From Botryllus schlosseri (taxonomy: Eukaryota), in assembly GCA_051294905.1 (NCBI GenBank), contig CM119372.1, positions 62,001 to 126,000 of the forward strand: DNA of 64,000 bases, read 5' to 3'. Each line of letters opens with the position of its first letter. The stretch's first letter is position 1. Below the pieces are notes generated by a model that searched no databases, had not been told where the DNA came from, and saw nothing but the letters and a program-made list of their open reading frames with translations. Shown in pieces: positions 1-12,292 of this stretch. A program made the translations under genes and the position numbers.

Positions 1-2325
1 ACACGATGTCCGAGTGTCAACTCAGATCCGAAAACAACCCAGACACCATGCTTGAATGGCCGAACATGCCCCAGACACGATGTCCGATTGGCAGCACAGG
101 CCGAACACACCACAGACATGATGTCCAAACACGCCCCAGATACGATGTCCGGGTATCAACACAGGCCGAACACGCCCTAGACATCATGTGTGAATGGCAG
201 TACAGGCCGAACACCCCCCCCCCCCCCAGACATGATGTCCGAACACGCCCCAGATACGTTGTCCGGGTATCAACACGGCCGAACACACCCAAGACACCAT
301 GTCCGAATGGCAGCTCAGATCCGAAAACAACCCAGACACCATGCTTGAATGGCCGAACATGCCCCAGACACGATGTCCGATTGGCAGCACAGGCCGAACA
401 CACCACAGACATGATGTCCAAACACGCCCCAGATACGATGTCCGGGTATCAACACAGGCCGAACACGCCCTAGACATCATGTGTGAATGGCAGTACAGGC
501 CGAACACCCCCCCCCCCCAAGACATGATGTCCGAACACGCCCCAGATACGTTGTCCGGGTATCAACACGGCCGAACACACCCAAGACACCATGTCCGAAT
601 GGCAGCACAGGCCGAACACACCCCAGACATAATGTGTGAATGGCATCATAGGCCGACCACATCCCAGACATGATGTCCAAAGTCGCCGCAGACACAATGT
701 CCGAACACAGCCGAGACACCATGTTTGAATGGCAGTACAGGCCGAACACCCCCCCCCCCAGACATGATGTCCGAACACGCCCCAGATACGTTGTCCGGGT
801 ATCAACACGGGCCGAACACACCCAAGACACCATGTCCGAATGGCAGCACAGGCCGAACACACCCCAGACATAATGTGTGAATGGCATTAGGCCGACCACA
901 TCCCAGACATGATGTCCGAAGTCGCCGCAGACACAATGTCCGAACACAGCCGAGACACCATGTTTGAATGGCCGAACATGCCCCAGACACGATGTCCGAT
1001 TGGCAGCACAGGCCGAACACACCCCAGACATGATGTCCAAACACGCTCCAGATACGATGATCGGGTATCAACACAGGCCGAACACGCCCAAGACACCATG
1101 TCCGAATGGCAACACAGGCCGATAACACCCCAGACATGATGTCCGAATACGCCCCAGATACGAAGTCCGGGTATCAACACGGGCCGAACACGCCCAAGAC
1201 ACCATGTCCGAATGGCAACACAGGCCGAACACACCCCAGACACGATGTCCGAGTGTCAACTCAGATCCGAAAACAACCCAGACACCATGCTTGAATGGCC
1301 GAGCATGCCCCAGACACGATGTCCGATTGGCAGCACAGGCCGAACACAACCCATACATGGTGTCGGAACGCCCCAGACACGATGTGCTATTGGCAACACA
1401 GTCCCAACACCCCCCAGACACGATGTTAATAAGGTTGGTCGTGTTTGAAATAAGGTCAGTCTAGTGTTTGAAATAAGGATAGTCATGTTAGAAATAAGGA
1501 TAGCCATGTTTGATATAGGGACAGTCATGTTTGAAATAAGGATAGTCTCATGTCAGAAATGAGGATAGTCATGTCAGAAATGAGGATAGTCATGTCAGAA
1601 ATAAGGATAGTCGCTATATTCACTATAAAGTCAGTTACAGTACCAGGCACGACTTTCTAGTGCTAACCCAGTCCGAACACATCCCACACATGATGTCCGA
1701 ACACGCGCCAGATACGATGTCCGGGTATCAACACGGCCGAACACACCCAAGACACCATGTCCGAATGGCAGCACAGGCCGAACACACCCCAGACATAATG
1801 TGTGAATGGCATTAGGCCGACCACATCCCAGACATGATGTCCGAAGTCGCCGCAGACACAATGTCCGAACACAGCCGAGACACCATGTTTGAATGGCCGA
1901 ACATGCCCCAGACACGATGTCCGATTGGCAGCACAGGCCGAACACACCCCAGACATGATGTCCAAACACGCTCCAGATACGATGATCGGGTATCAACACA
2001 GGCCGAACACGCCCAAGACACCATGTCCGAATGGCAACACAGGCCGATAACACCCCAGACATGATGTCCGAATACGCCCCAGATACGATGTCCGGGTATC
2101 AATACAGGCCGAACACGCCCGAGACACCATGTCCGAATGGCATCACAGGCCGAACACACCCCAGACATGATGTCCAAGCACGCCCCAGACACGATGTCCA
2201 AGTATCAATACAGGCCGAACACACCCAAGACACCATGTCCGAATGGCAACACGGACCGAACACGCCCCAGACACGATGTCCGAGTATCAACACAGGCCGA
2301 ATACGCTTAAGACACGATGTCCGAA
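1..2325 (+). repeat. Complex tandem array of ~21-41-bp variants (ggccgaacacaccccagacatgatgtccgaatggcagcaca), with a 21-bp atgtcagaaataaggatagtc block at ~1440-1612
   Basis: Direct repeats visible throughout; the many overlapping repetitive ORFs are artefacts of the array. Confidence 0.95.
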
Positions 2326-3164
2326 TGAATAATTGACCAGGATAATGGAATTTTATCGAGCGATCATTCGGAACAATGCCGATTTCCAGATTTCAGACTT
2401 GGACGGCTATATTTATTGGTGGTTCCGTTGACCTGCCAGCTTTAAAATTGTATTTGCGAAATAGCTTTCGATCAAGATCGGTATTGGTAAATTGTAGTTT
2501 CATTCAAAGTTAATTTATGAGTTCGGCCGATACTAATGTCCCTTGCATTTATTGCGGGTCGCCTGTGTTTGCCGCTGGGTTTATTTGACAAGGACAGGAA
2601 TATTTGGGGCTCACACATATAAATATCGAAGACTCCTGGTTACACGTCTATAATTTCAAATGCCGATGCGAAGTTGGATGTTGGACGCACTGGCGTAGCC
2701 AGGGGGGACGAAAGGGGCGGTTGCCCCCCCCCAAATTTATTGAAAATTTTCGTAAAATCAATAGATATTAGAGTATTTTGGGGCAAAAGTATGCAACCTA
2801 AAATTTTTCTTCGCGCTTGGCGCGATTTGGTGTCCGTTCATGTCTTGATTTTGTTATCGGTGTCACGAAAAAAAATTATTCCGCAAATACCCATTATTGA
2901 ATTTAGCTGCATTCTCAATTATGAGAATACAACAGGACCAGTAGATACACTAGTGTAGCCCGAGGTCGTTGGGTTGATTGAGTCTGTAGGAGTGTCAGTT
3001 CAGTATGGCGGTTGGGAACTGTTAGCTCCGGCAACTAGGCTACCGTTTCGGGACACACGAAGATATATAAAGTATGCTACATGCTACTCCGCAAAGTGCG
3101 CTCCCGAAATGATTGACCACCATAAATCCGACCCACGTATTCCGAAGCCTTCGATATAGATAAG

Positions 3165-4001
3165 CTATAGTTGGCAACTGGAAGCTTCCTTCAGAATTTT
3201 GTAAGAACCACTCGACGAAATATTCATCAAACTGGCATCAGGTAGCTCCACACTACTGGGATAGACAATATTTGTTGGGACTGTACATAGATGCTTGCAC
3301 TGCGCAGCAGGAAAGCCACTTTTCCACATAATCCGCATGTAATCCATGCATCCACTACTTTCACATTCCACTACCGACTCTCCGGCATGGAACTCAGACA
3401 CATTTTTCCTGATGTGAACAGGGTAGGGAATCCCCCCATGAGAGCTCAGTCTGACAAGATATATTCCTTTTTTGTGATCGACGCAGTTCGCAACATTTTC
3501 TGTTTCAATGCCATGAATTGTTCTACAGTGAGTAGGTATTGATCTGCTTGACATCACTTTTTGACATACCGGGCACTCGGCATATTTTTGATTTCCAGAT
3601 GTAGATTTCTTTATTTCTTCATTTATTGGATCCTGTCTTGAACTTTTCTCATCACACCATGCTGTGTGCTGTTTCAGGTGAGGCTGGAAGCGATTCGCCC
3701 AAAATGTGTCATCGCATGCCGGACAGTGGAAGTGTGTATCCCGTGGACTACCATCTTTATGATCTATGCTACATGGAAAGCATACATAGTTCCCAAAGTT
3801 CACAGATCTTTTCCGATGACGTTCGAAAAAATGTCTTCTTGAGCGCGATGGATATTTACAAGAATACTCGCACATGCGACATTGAAAAGATTTTTTTCCC
3901 AGAGAATTTCCGGCACACTCAATAAAAGTGCTTTTGTAAAAATCCTCTGTTCCAACAACATCGGATCGGCCATAGCAATGTGAGACGCTCGACTCCTGCA
4001 T
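3165..4001 (-). CDS. 278-aa intronless Cys/His-rich multi-zinc-finger ORF, probably a truncated N-terminal part of a transposon protein (tentatively KDZ/HMGXB3-like)
   Basis: Longest non-repetitive ORF. Motifs CRMC..H..H, HFHCPAC..H..H, CPVC..H..H and CE..C...CKHL. The family assignment is from recalled similarity and was not searched. Confidence 0.55.
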   Translation of the reverse strand: MQESSVSHCYGRSDVVGTEDFYKSTFIECAGNSLGKKSFQCRMCEYSCKYPSRSRRHFFERHRKRSVNFGNYVCFPCSIDHKDGSPRDTHFHCPACDDTFWANRFQPHLKQHTAWCDEKSSRQDPINEEIKKSTSGNQKYAECPVCQKVMSSRSIPTHCRTIHGIETENVANCVDHKKGIYLVRLSSHGGIPYPVHIRKNVSEFHAGESVVECESSGCMDYMRIMWKSGFPAAQCKHLCTVPTNIVYPSSVELPDASLMNISSSGSYKILKEASSCQL

Positions 4002-4189
4002 ATCTTTCCCCCATTTATAAGACTTGGGTTGATGTATCTAGTGCAACGACTTGTGGTAGGCTATATACATAAACACGAAATAAGATAGGTAAGATTTATC
4101 TTGCATAGGAGTCTAACAGGCATATTCAACAACATACGGATTTATATCCTTGATATTGGTAAAATGATGTACAAATAAAATGAGGTGTA

Positions 4190-4760
4190 TAGCAATGTTT
4201 ACAACGCAGGATATTTGTGGCCAGATAGTTATTGTTTTTAGTTGCTTGCTGATGCTGTATAGTAAAGCGATGCAGTGAAGGAATATGAAATTGCTATAGT
4301 TGTTGAAATTTACGGACGGGTGATCAGAATAGAACCCCGAGGAAGTATCTGGCAGATGTTCAGTACGTTATCGCAAAGTATTCGAAGAAAGAGTGCGACT
4401 GTGATTCCGATTTTTGAAGACACAACTGTCCAGCATTTTGGCATATTAATATTAAATGATGAAGATTATGCTTTTGGAGATGCTGACTATCCACTGAGGA
4501 CTTACTTATTCACGCCACTATTATGGCCAAGAACATTGACCGAAAAATGTCACTATTGTTTTCATACATAATGTTACCCTTTCTGGCATAGAGCACAGTG
4601 CTTTGGGTGTTGAAAAAATATCTCGCGCATTGCCTATATTCAAGGAAGAACCTCAGAATATAATTGTGACAATAGCCTGCCTCTGCCTTCACAATCTATC
4701 AATTCAGACGAGGAAGATGGAGCTGAATTTGATGAAATACTTCAAATGGAAGCGTTGAAC
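4190..4760 (+). pseudogene. Degenerate PIF/Harbinger (HARBI1-like, DDE_Tnp_4) transposase fragment
   Basis: GDADYPLRTYLFTPL resembles the GD.GYPL...L.TP motif; it is followed by a frameshifted IE..FGVLK-like segment near 4590-4620; stops and frameshifts present. Confidence 0.65.
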
Positions 4761-4794
4761 GCACTCGCATGGTGTCGACTCCTACAGACTACAC

Positions 4795-6129
4795 CAGTGG
4801 TTCCCAACCTTTTTTGGCTCATCGCCCCCTTTTCAAACTCCACGCCGATCATCGCCCCCCAAATATGGGGAACCGAAGAATGGGCATACAGACTGAAATC
4901 ACCGGCGAGTTGACTAAGAAAAAAGGTCAACTTTTCGGCTCGACCGCGAAATTTCACTTTCCCAGCTAAATTTTGGTGAGCTGAGTAACAAAAAAGGTGA
5001 TTTCTCCGACTTGATTCCAAAAGGACCATAACAGCACTTCGTCAGCCCCCAATACGTTGGTCTTGACCCCCCCTCCATAGGGCGATAAAGCAAACTTCTG
5101 CACCCCTCATACCCAACTCCCCCGATACCTCTTCACCGCTACTTCTCAGCACAAATTGTTGGACTCATTAGTAAGTCGGCTTAATTCGTGCGAAGCGCGA
5201 AAAATTTCCATCGGTATGATTGAATCGGTCAATATGATCGGGAATTGCATATATATTTCTATCAATTTCTTATCCTCTCTCTGCTCATGTATTCAGATTT
5301 ACCGGTAAAGCTGAGTTAGGTGTCTTGGAAAATGTAGGGCCCGTAAATAATAATTTAACATATTCGGGCGAACCCGTGGGTATAATGACTTCGTTACGTA
5401 ATGACATTTTGTGGCCTGTCTGCTATGCCAAAAGATATTCAAATCGCCCATACGTACTAAACTAAAAGATTCACACGAGTTGAAATTGGTATGTCTGCAC
5501 AGGCAATTAATTTTTCTCTGCGAGATGGCATAATTTTGTGGGGTTCTGATTGCCAGGACAGGAACATTTGGCGCCAGCCATTTAGGCGCATATATACAAT
5601 TAAATATATATGTCTATCGTATATATATCGAAGTCGGTCAGCATAAAGGCAGGCCTTTTCCCTAAGGTTTTCGCGTTCTGGCCCACTTCTCGGAGTCGCA
5701 TGTTACATGGCCTGAGACTATACATATCTCTTGGTGCGACATGGTGTGACTGATGCCGAGATGCCCATTTATATAACTCATGCATATTATTTCTTGGAGG
5801 AAGGGTATCCAATAAGTAAGAAATATGAGACCAAGAAAAGGCGCGCAGCGCGGAATTTTTTTGAAAAAGTTGCCTAAATTTCCACAATAATTATTGTTAA
5901 TTCACGAAAGAATTGTGGGCCTCCTTCGATCTCGGGCCCCCATCCCAATTGGGGTTTGGGTGTGGCAGTTACGGTCATGGACGCCAATATAGCCATTTCA
6001 ACGCGCCATCGCCCCCTATCGCCCCCTTCGTCCGTTTTCGCCCCCCTATCGCCCCCTTGGCTATTTTCGCCCCCCTGGACCGACAAATCGCCCCCCGGGG
6101 GGCGATATCGCCCACGTTGGGAACCACTG
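4795..6129 (+). mobile_element. Non-autonomous hAT element, copy 1, containing an older nested element at 5021-5979
   Basis: TIR cagtggttcccaac / gttgggaaccactg; exact 8-bp TSD GACTACAC (4787-4794, 6130-6137). Confidence 0.92.
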
Positions 6130-6339
6130 GACTACACAAATATTTGCATGACAACGCATGATCTTGAGATTTCTCCTAGCTAGCATTCATGAATATTCTT
6201 GTTTGCAATACATTTGATTACATTCCAAAACATACTTGTGCTTTATTGCTTGCGACACGTCAAAATGAGGTAAAATGTGCATTATGGCTGTATTAAGTAA
6301 GTTCAACCTTATAAATTTGCGACACGAGATAGCGAAGTT

Positions 6340-8621
6340 ATTGGGGCGTGTTCGGCCTATGATGCCATTCAGACATTATATCTGGGGCGTGTCGGCCTGA
6401 GTTGACACTCAGACATCGTGTCTGCGGCGAGTTCGGACATCATGTCTGGGGTGTGTTCGGCCTGTGCTGCCAATCGGACATCGTGTCTGGGGCATGTTCG
6501 GCCATTAAAACATGGTGTCTCGGCTGTGTTCGGACATTGTGTCTGCGGCGACTTCGGACATCATGTCTGGGATGTGGTCGGCCTATGATGCCATTCACAC
6601 ATTATGTCTGGGGTGTGTTCGGCCTGTGATGCCATTCGGACATGATGTCTCGGGCGTGTTCGGCCTGTATTGATACCCGGACATCGTATCTGGGGCGTGT
6701 TCGGACATCATGTCTGGGATGTGTTCGGACTGGGTTAGCAGCACTAGAAAGTCGTGCCTGGTACTGTAACTGACTTTATAGTGAATATAGCGACTATCCT
6801 TATTTCTGACATGACTATCCTCATTTCTGACATGACTATCCTCATTCCAAACATGAGACTATCCTTATTTCAAACATGACTATCCCTATATCAAACATGG
6901 CTATCCTTATTTCTAACATGACTATCCTTATTTCAAACACTAGACTGACCTTATTTCAAACACGACCAACCTTATTAACATCGTGTCTGGGGGGTGTTGG
7001 GACTGTGTTGCCAATAGCACATCGTGTCTGGGGCGTTCCGACACCATGTATGGGTTGTGTTCGGCCTGTGCTGCCAATCGGACATCGTGTCTGGGGCATG
7101 CTCGGCCATTCAAGCATGGTGTCTGGGTTGTTTTCGGATCTGAGTTGACACTCGGACATCGTGTCTGGGGCGTGTTCGGTCCGTGTTGCCATTCGGACAT
7201 GGTGTCTTGGGCGTGTTCGGCCTGTGTTGATACTTGGACATCGTGTCTGGGGTGTGTTCGGCCTGTGTTGCCATTCGGACATGGTGTCTTGGGCGTGTTC
7301 GGCCCGTGTTGATACCCGGACTTCGTATCTGGGGCGTATTCGGACATCATGTCTGGGGTGTTATCGGCCTGTGTTGCCATTCGGACATGGTGTCTTGGGC
7401 GTGTTCGGCCTGTGTTGATACCCGGGCATCGTATCTGGGGCGTGTTTGGACATCATGTCTGGGGTGTGTTCGGCCTGTGCTGCCAATCGGACATCGTGTC
7501 TGGGGCATGTTCGGCCATTCAAACATGGTGTCTCGGCTGTGTTCGGACATTGTGTCTGCGGCCTATGATGCCATTCACACATTATGTCTGGGGTGTGTTC
7601 GGCCTGTGCTGCCATTCGGACATGGTGTCTTGGGTGTGTTCGGCCGTGTTGATACCCGGACAACGTATCTGGGGCGTGTTCGGACATCATGTCTGGGGGG
7701 GGGGGTGTTCGGCCTGTACTGCCATTCACACATGATGTCTAGGGCGTGTTCGGCCTGTGTTGATACCCGGACATCGTATCTGGGGCGTGTTTGGACATCA
7801 TGTCTGTGGTGTGTTCGTCCTGTGCTGCCAATCGGACATCGTGTCTGGGGCATGTTCGGCCATTCAAGCATGGTGTCTGGGTTGTTTTCGGATCTGAGCT
7901 GCCATTCGGACATGGTGTCTTGGGTGTGTTCGGCCGTGTTGATACCCGGACAACGTATCTGGGGCGTGTTCGGACATCATGTCTGGGGGGGGGGTGTTCG
8001 GCCTGTACTGCCATTCACACATGATGTCTAGGGCGTGTTCGGCCTGTGTTGATACCCGTACATCGTATCTGGGGCGTGTTTGGACATCATGTCTGTGGTG
8101 TGTTCGGCCGGTGCTGCCAATCGGACATCGTGTCTGGGACATGTTCGGCCATTCAAGCATGGTGTCTGGGTTGTTTTCGGATCTGAGTTGACACTCGGAC
8201 ATCGTGTCTGGGGCGTGTTCGGTCCGTGTTGCCATTCGGACATGGTGTCTTTTGGGCGTGTTCGGCCCGTGTTGATACCCGGACATCGTATCTGGGGCGT
8301 GTTCAGACATCATGTCTGGGGTGTTTTCGGCCTGTGTTGCCATTCGGACATGGTGTCTTGGGCGTGTTCGGCCTGTGTTGATACCCGGACATCGTGTCTG
8401 GGGCGTGTTTGGACATCATGTCTGGGATGTGTTCGGACTGGGTTAGCAGCACTAGAAAGTCGTGCCTGGTACTGTAACTGACTTTATAGTGAATATAGCG
8501 ACTATCCTTATTTCTGACATGACTATCCTCATTTCTGACATGACTATCCTCATTTCTGACATGAGACTCACCTCATTTCTAACATATTTGTCCTTATTTC
8601 AAACCAATCGAACCAACCCTG
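6340..8621 (-). repeat. Inverted copy of the complex tandem array (right arm of the foldback element)
   Basis: Reverse complement of the 1-2325 units; 21-bp blocks at ~6790-6960 and ~8500-8600. Confidence 0.95.
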
Positions 8622-9751
8622 TAGGCAGTTCTCGCTATATACCGGTACCAGTACCAGAGTAAAGTTATCACACAAAATTCTATCACACAAAACCCAAGGT
8701 ACCAACTAAAGGTTTCATGTGACATACACTACGGAGGTATCACCAAACTGCGAAAGCAAAGGCGGACCCGGATTTGCATACTCACATACAATAAAAAAAA
8801 CGTGCGGGAACTCTCGCCATACCAAATTTCACACGAATCGGCCATCGCAATCGTGCAAAATTATAATTATGATCGGGCTAATGTATATATTTCAACGAAA
8901 TATGCAATAACAATCACGTCAGTTCACTGATAAAAACCATTTTGTAACCGACTTCTGACCATTGCTCAAGATGTTCAAGCGTGTGAACTCTATTCTTTTC
9001 AAATTTCATCGAGATCCAATGTTAGCAATAGGGTCAAAATTCGCCCCGCCCCCCTAACCAACATCCCAGGATTCACGTCAGATAACCGAGAAAACGACTT
9101 TGTAACCGACTTCTGACCATCACACAAGATGTATCAGCATGTGAACTCTATTTGTGCCAAATTTCATCGAGATCCAATGGTAGCAATAGGGTCAAAATTC
9201 GCCCCACCCCCACCCCCATCACGGGATTCACGTCAGATAACCGAGAAAACGACTTTGTAACAGACTTCTGACCATCACACAAGATGTATCAGCATGTGAA
9301 CTCTATTGGTGTCGAATTTCATCGAGATCCAATGTTAGCAATAGGGTCAACCCCCCCTCCCTCCCCCATCGCAGGATTCACGTCAGATAATCGAGAAAAC
9401 GACTTTGTAACCGACTTCTGACCATCAAATAAGATGTATCAGCATGTGAACTCTATTTGTGCCGAATTTCATCGAGATCCAATGTTAGCAATAGGGTCAA
9501 AATTCGCCCCACCCCCCACCCCCATCACGGGATTCACGTCAGATAACCGAGAAAACGACTTTCTAACAGACTTCTGACCATCACACAAGATGTATCAGCA
9601 TGTGAACTCTATTTGTGTCGAATTTCATCGAGATCCAATATTGGCAATAGGGTCGACCTCAACACGGCCCTAATTCGCGAGTACTACGATGGAATTTCTA
9701 TATTCCGTGATAAAAAAAGGAAGGTGCCACGCAAAAGGAAACCAGTTAGCA

Positions 9752-11086
9752 CAGTGGTTCCCAACGTGGGCGATTTCGCCCCCCCAGGGGGGCGAAAATA
9801 GCCGAGGGGGCGATAGGGGGCGAAAACGGACGAAGGGGGCGATAGGGGGGCGATGGCGCGTTGAAATGGCTATATTGGCGTCCATGACCGTAACTGTCAA
9901 ACCCAAACCCCCAATTAAGATGGGGGGGGCCGAGCTCGAAGGGGGCCCACAATTTTTTTGTGAATTAACATTAATTATAGAGTATTATTTTGGAAATTTA
10001 GGCAACTTTTTCCAAAAATTTTCGCGCTGCGCGCCATTTCGTGGTCACTTGTTTCTTGCTTATTGGATACCCTTCCTCCAAGAAATAATACGCATGAGGT
10101 ATAGAAATGGGCATCTCGGCGTCAGCCATTATCACACCATGACGCACCAAGACATATGAAGTTTCAGGCCATGTAACATGCGACTCCGAGAAGTGTGCCA
10201 GAACGAGAAAACCTTGGCGGAAAAGGACTGCCTTTATGCTGCCCGACTTCGAGATATATACGATATACATATATATTTAATTGTCTATAGGCGCCTAAAT
10301 GGCTGGCGCCAAATGTTCCTGTCTGGCAATCAGAACCCCACAAAAAATGCGATCTCGCAGAGGAAAATTAATTGCCAGTGCAGAAATACCAATTTGAAAT
10401 CGTGTGCGTCTTTTAGTTTAGTACGTATAGGCGATTTGAATATCTTTTGACATAGCAGACAGGTCACGAAATGTCATTACGTAACGAAGTCATTATACCC
10501 ACGGGTCCGCCCGAATATGTTCAATTATTATTTAGGGGCCCTACATTTTCCAAGACACCTCACTCAGCTTAACCGGTAAATCTGAAGACATGAGCAGAGA
10601 GAGGATAAAAAATTGACAGCAATATATGTGCATTTCCCGATCATATTGACCGATTCAATCATGAATGATAGAAATTTTACACGCTTCGCGCGAATTAAGC
10701 CGACTAACTAAAGGGTCCGACAATTTGTGCTGAGAAGTAGCGGTAAAGAGGTATTGGGGGAGTTGGGTCTGAGGGGTGCAGAAGTTTGCTTTATCGCCCT
10801 ATGAAGGTGGGTCAAGACCGACGTATTGGGGGGAGGGGACGAAGTGCTGTTACGGTCCTTTTGGAATCAAGTCGCAGAAATCACCTTTTTTGTTAGTCAA
10901 CTCACCAAAATTTAGCTGGAAAAGTGTAATTCCGAGGTCGAGCCGAAAAGTTGACCTTTTTTCTTAGTCGGCTCGACAATAATTTCATTCTGTAAGCCCA
11001 TTTTTCGGTTCCCAATATTTGGGGGGCGATGATCGGTGTGGAGTTTGAAAAGGGGGCGATGAGTCGAAAAAGATTGGGAACCACTG
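9752..11086 (-). mobile_element. Non-autonomous hAT element, copy 2 (inverted relative to 4795-6129)
   Basis: Same TIR; exact TSD AGTTAGCA (9744-9751, 11087-11094). Confidence 0.92.
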
Positions 11087-11817
11087 AGTTAGCACATGTG
11101 CCGAGCCTGAAATCGAAATTTGGAAAAAGAGGAGTCGAGCAGAAAAACCAAAAAACATGTTGGGACGATATTTACAGCCACCCAGCAAAAAAATTCGCGG
11201 TTTCGAAAAGTGCGAAATTGAGGTAATTAGCGAGGAGCCTTCTCAACGCCTTGCTCGGCGTTTCGCCGCGGTCTGGACCCCTGCGCCTAGATCACGTCAA
11301 ATTGACCAATACATCTTGTTTGATGGTCTGAAGTCGGTTACAAAGTCGTTTTCTCGATTATCTGACGTGAATCCTGCGATGGGGGGGGGGATTTTGACCC
11401 TATTGCTAACATGAAATCTCGATGAAATTCGGCACAAATAGAGTTCACATGCTGATACATCTTGTTTGATGGTCAGAAGTCGGTTACAAAGTCGTTTTCT
11501 CGATTATCTGACGTGAATCCTGCGATGGGGGGGGGGATTTTGACCCTATTGCTAACATGGGATCTCGATGAAATTCGGCACAAAAGAGTTCACATGCTGA
11601 TACAACTTGTTTGATGGTCAGAAGTCGGTTACAAAGTCGTTTTCTCGATTATCTGACGTGAATCCTGCGATGGGGGGGGGATTTTGACCCTATTGCTAAC
11701 ATGGGATCTCGATGAAATTCGGCACAAATAGAGTTCACATGCTGATACATCTTGTTTGATGGTCAGAAGTCGGTTACAAAGTAGTTTTCTCGGTTATCTG
11801 ACGTGAATCCCGTGATG

Positions 11818-12292
11818 ACTTCTTTACCTCTGAATCAAAAGCGCACAGGTACAACACACGCGCGTCCACATCGTCCAAATATCATATGATCGACCGAAAA
11901 GATCATCGCTCTATCAAATATGCCGGACCTGATGTGTGGAACAGTATCCCGCCGGCCATCAGGCAGTCGACGAGCATGTCCACATTGAAGTCGAAATACA
12001 AGCAATTACTGCTAAATAAATACAGTCCATCCGCAACATTACCGGACCACGACTGACCTATCGATCTCGCTTCCCATGACATGCCGCCCTATTTCTTGTC
12101 GCTTCCTTTTTCTATGCTATCTTCTTTACTTTCATTCAGTGTGCATGCCTCCTCTTTACATCGCCTAGGCCAAGGTGGGTGTCCGATTCCATAGCCAACT
12201 CCTAGTCGCTTCGACATCTTCCTTTCTTTTCATTGTATCGCATTTTTGTGGTGTATTGAACTGATAAAATTGCTAATAAACCAATGATGATG
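11818..12292 (+). mobile_element. 5'-truncated CR1/L2-type LINE 3' end inserted into a tandem unit
   Basis: Translates as HRYNTR...SIKYAGPDVWNSIPPAIRQSTS..LKSKYKQLLL, stop at 12056, typical of an ORF2 C-terminus; 3' UTR ends aataaa..tgatgatg. Related tails occur at ~16975-17200, 20210-20340, 23340-23580, 24480-24587 and 54970-55400. Confidence 0.75.

Larger units (their letters stand above)
1..8621. mobile_element. Foldback-like element: satellite-built inverted arms (1-~2325 and ~6340-8621) around a ~4-kb unique core; left terminus lies upstream of the window
   Basis: The right arm is the reverse complement of the left (position 1 mirrors ~8207; the unique junction at 1621-1680 mirrors 6720-6790 and 8430-8500). 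The right end ...gaaccaaccctg is followed by TA. Confidence 0.75.

Noticed and set aside
1..2336. Dozens of overlapping ORFs (also at 6400-8480) and a superficially CRISPR-like periodicity
   Set aside because: The ORFs arise from a stop-poor satellite in all frames; there are no unique spacers and no cas genes, and the context is eukaryotic.
8719..8910. Duplicated 63-aa ORF (mirror copy at 12745-12936) as a small gene pair
   Set aside because: It is simply the inverted terminus of the foldback element, with a non-ATG start and no coding evidence.
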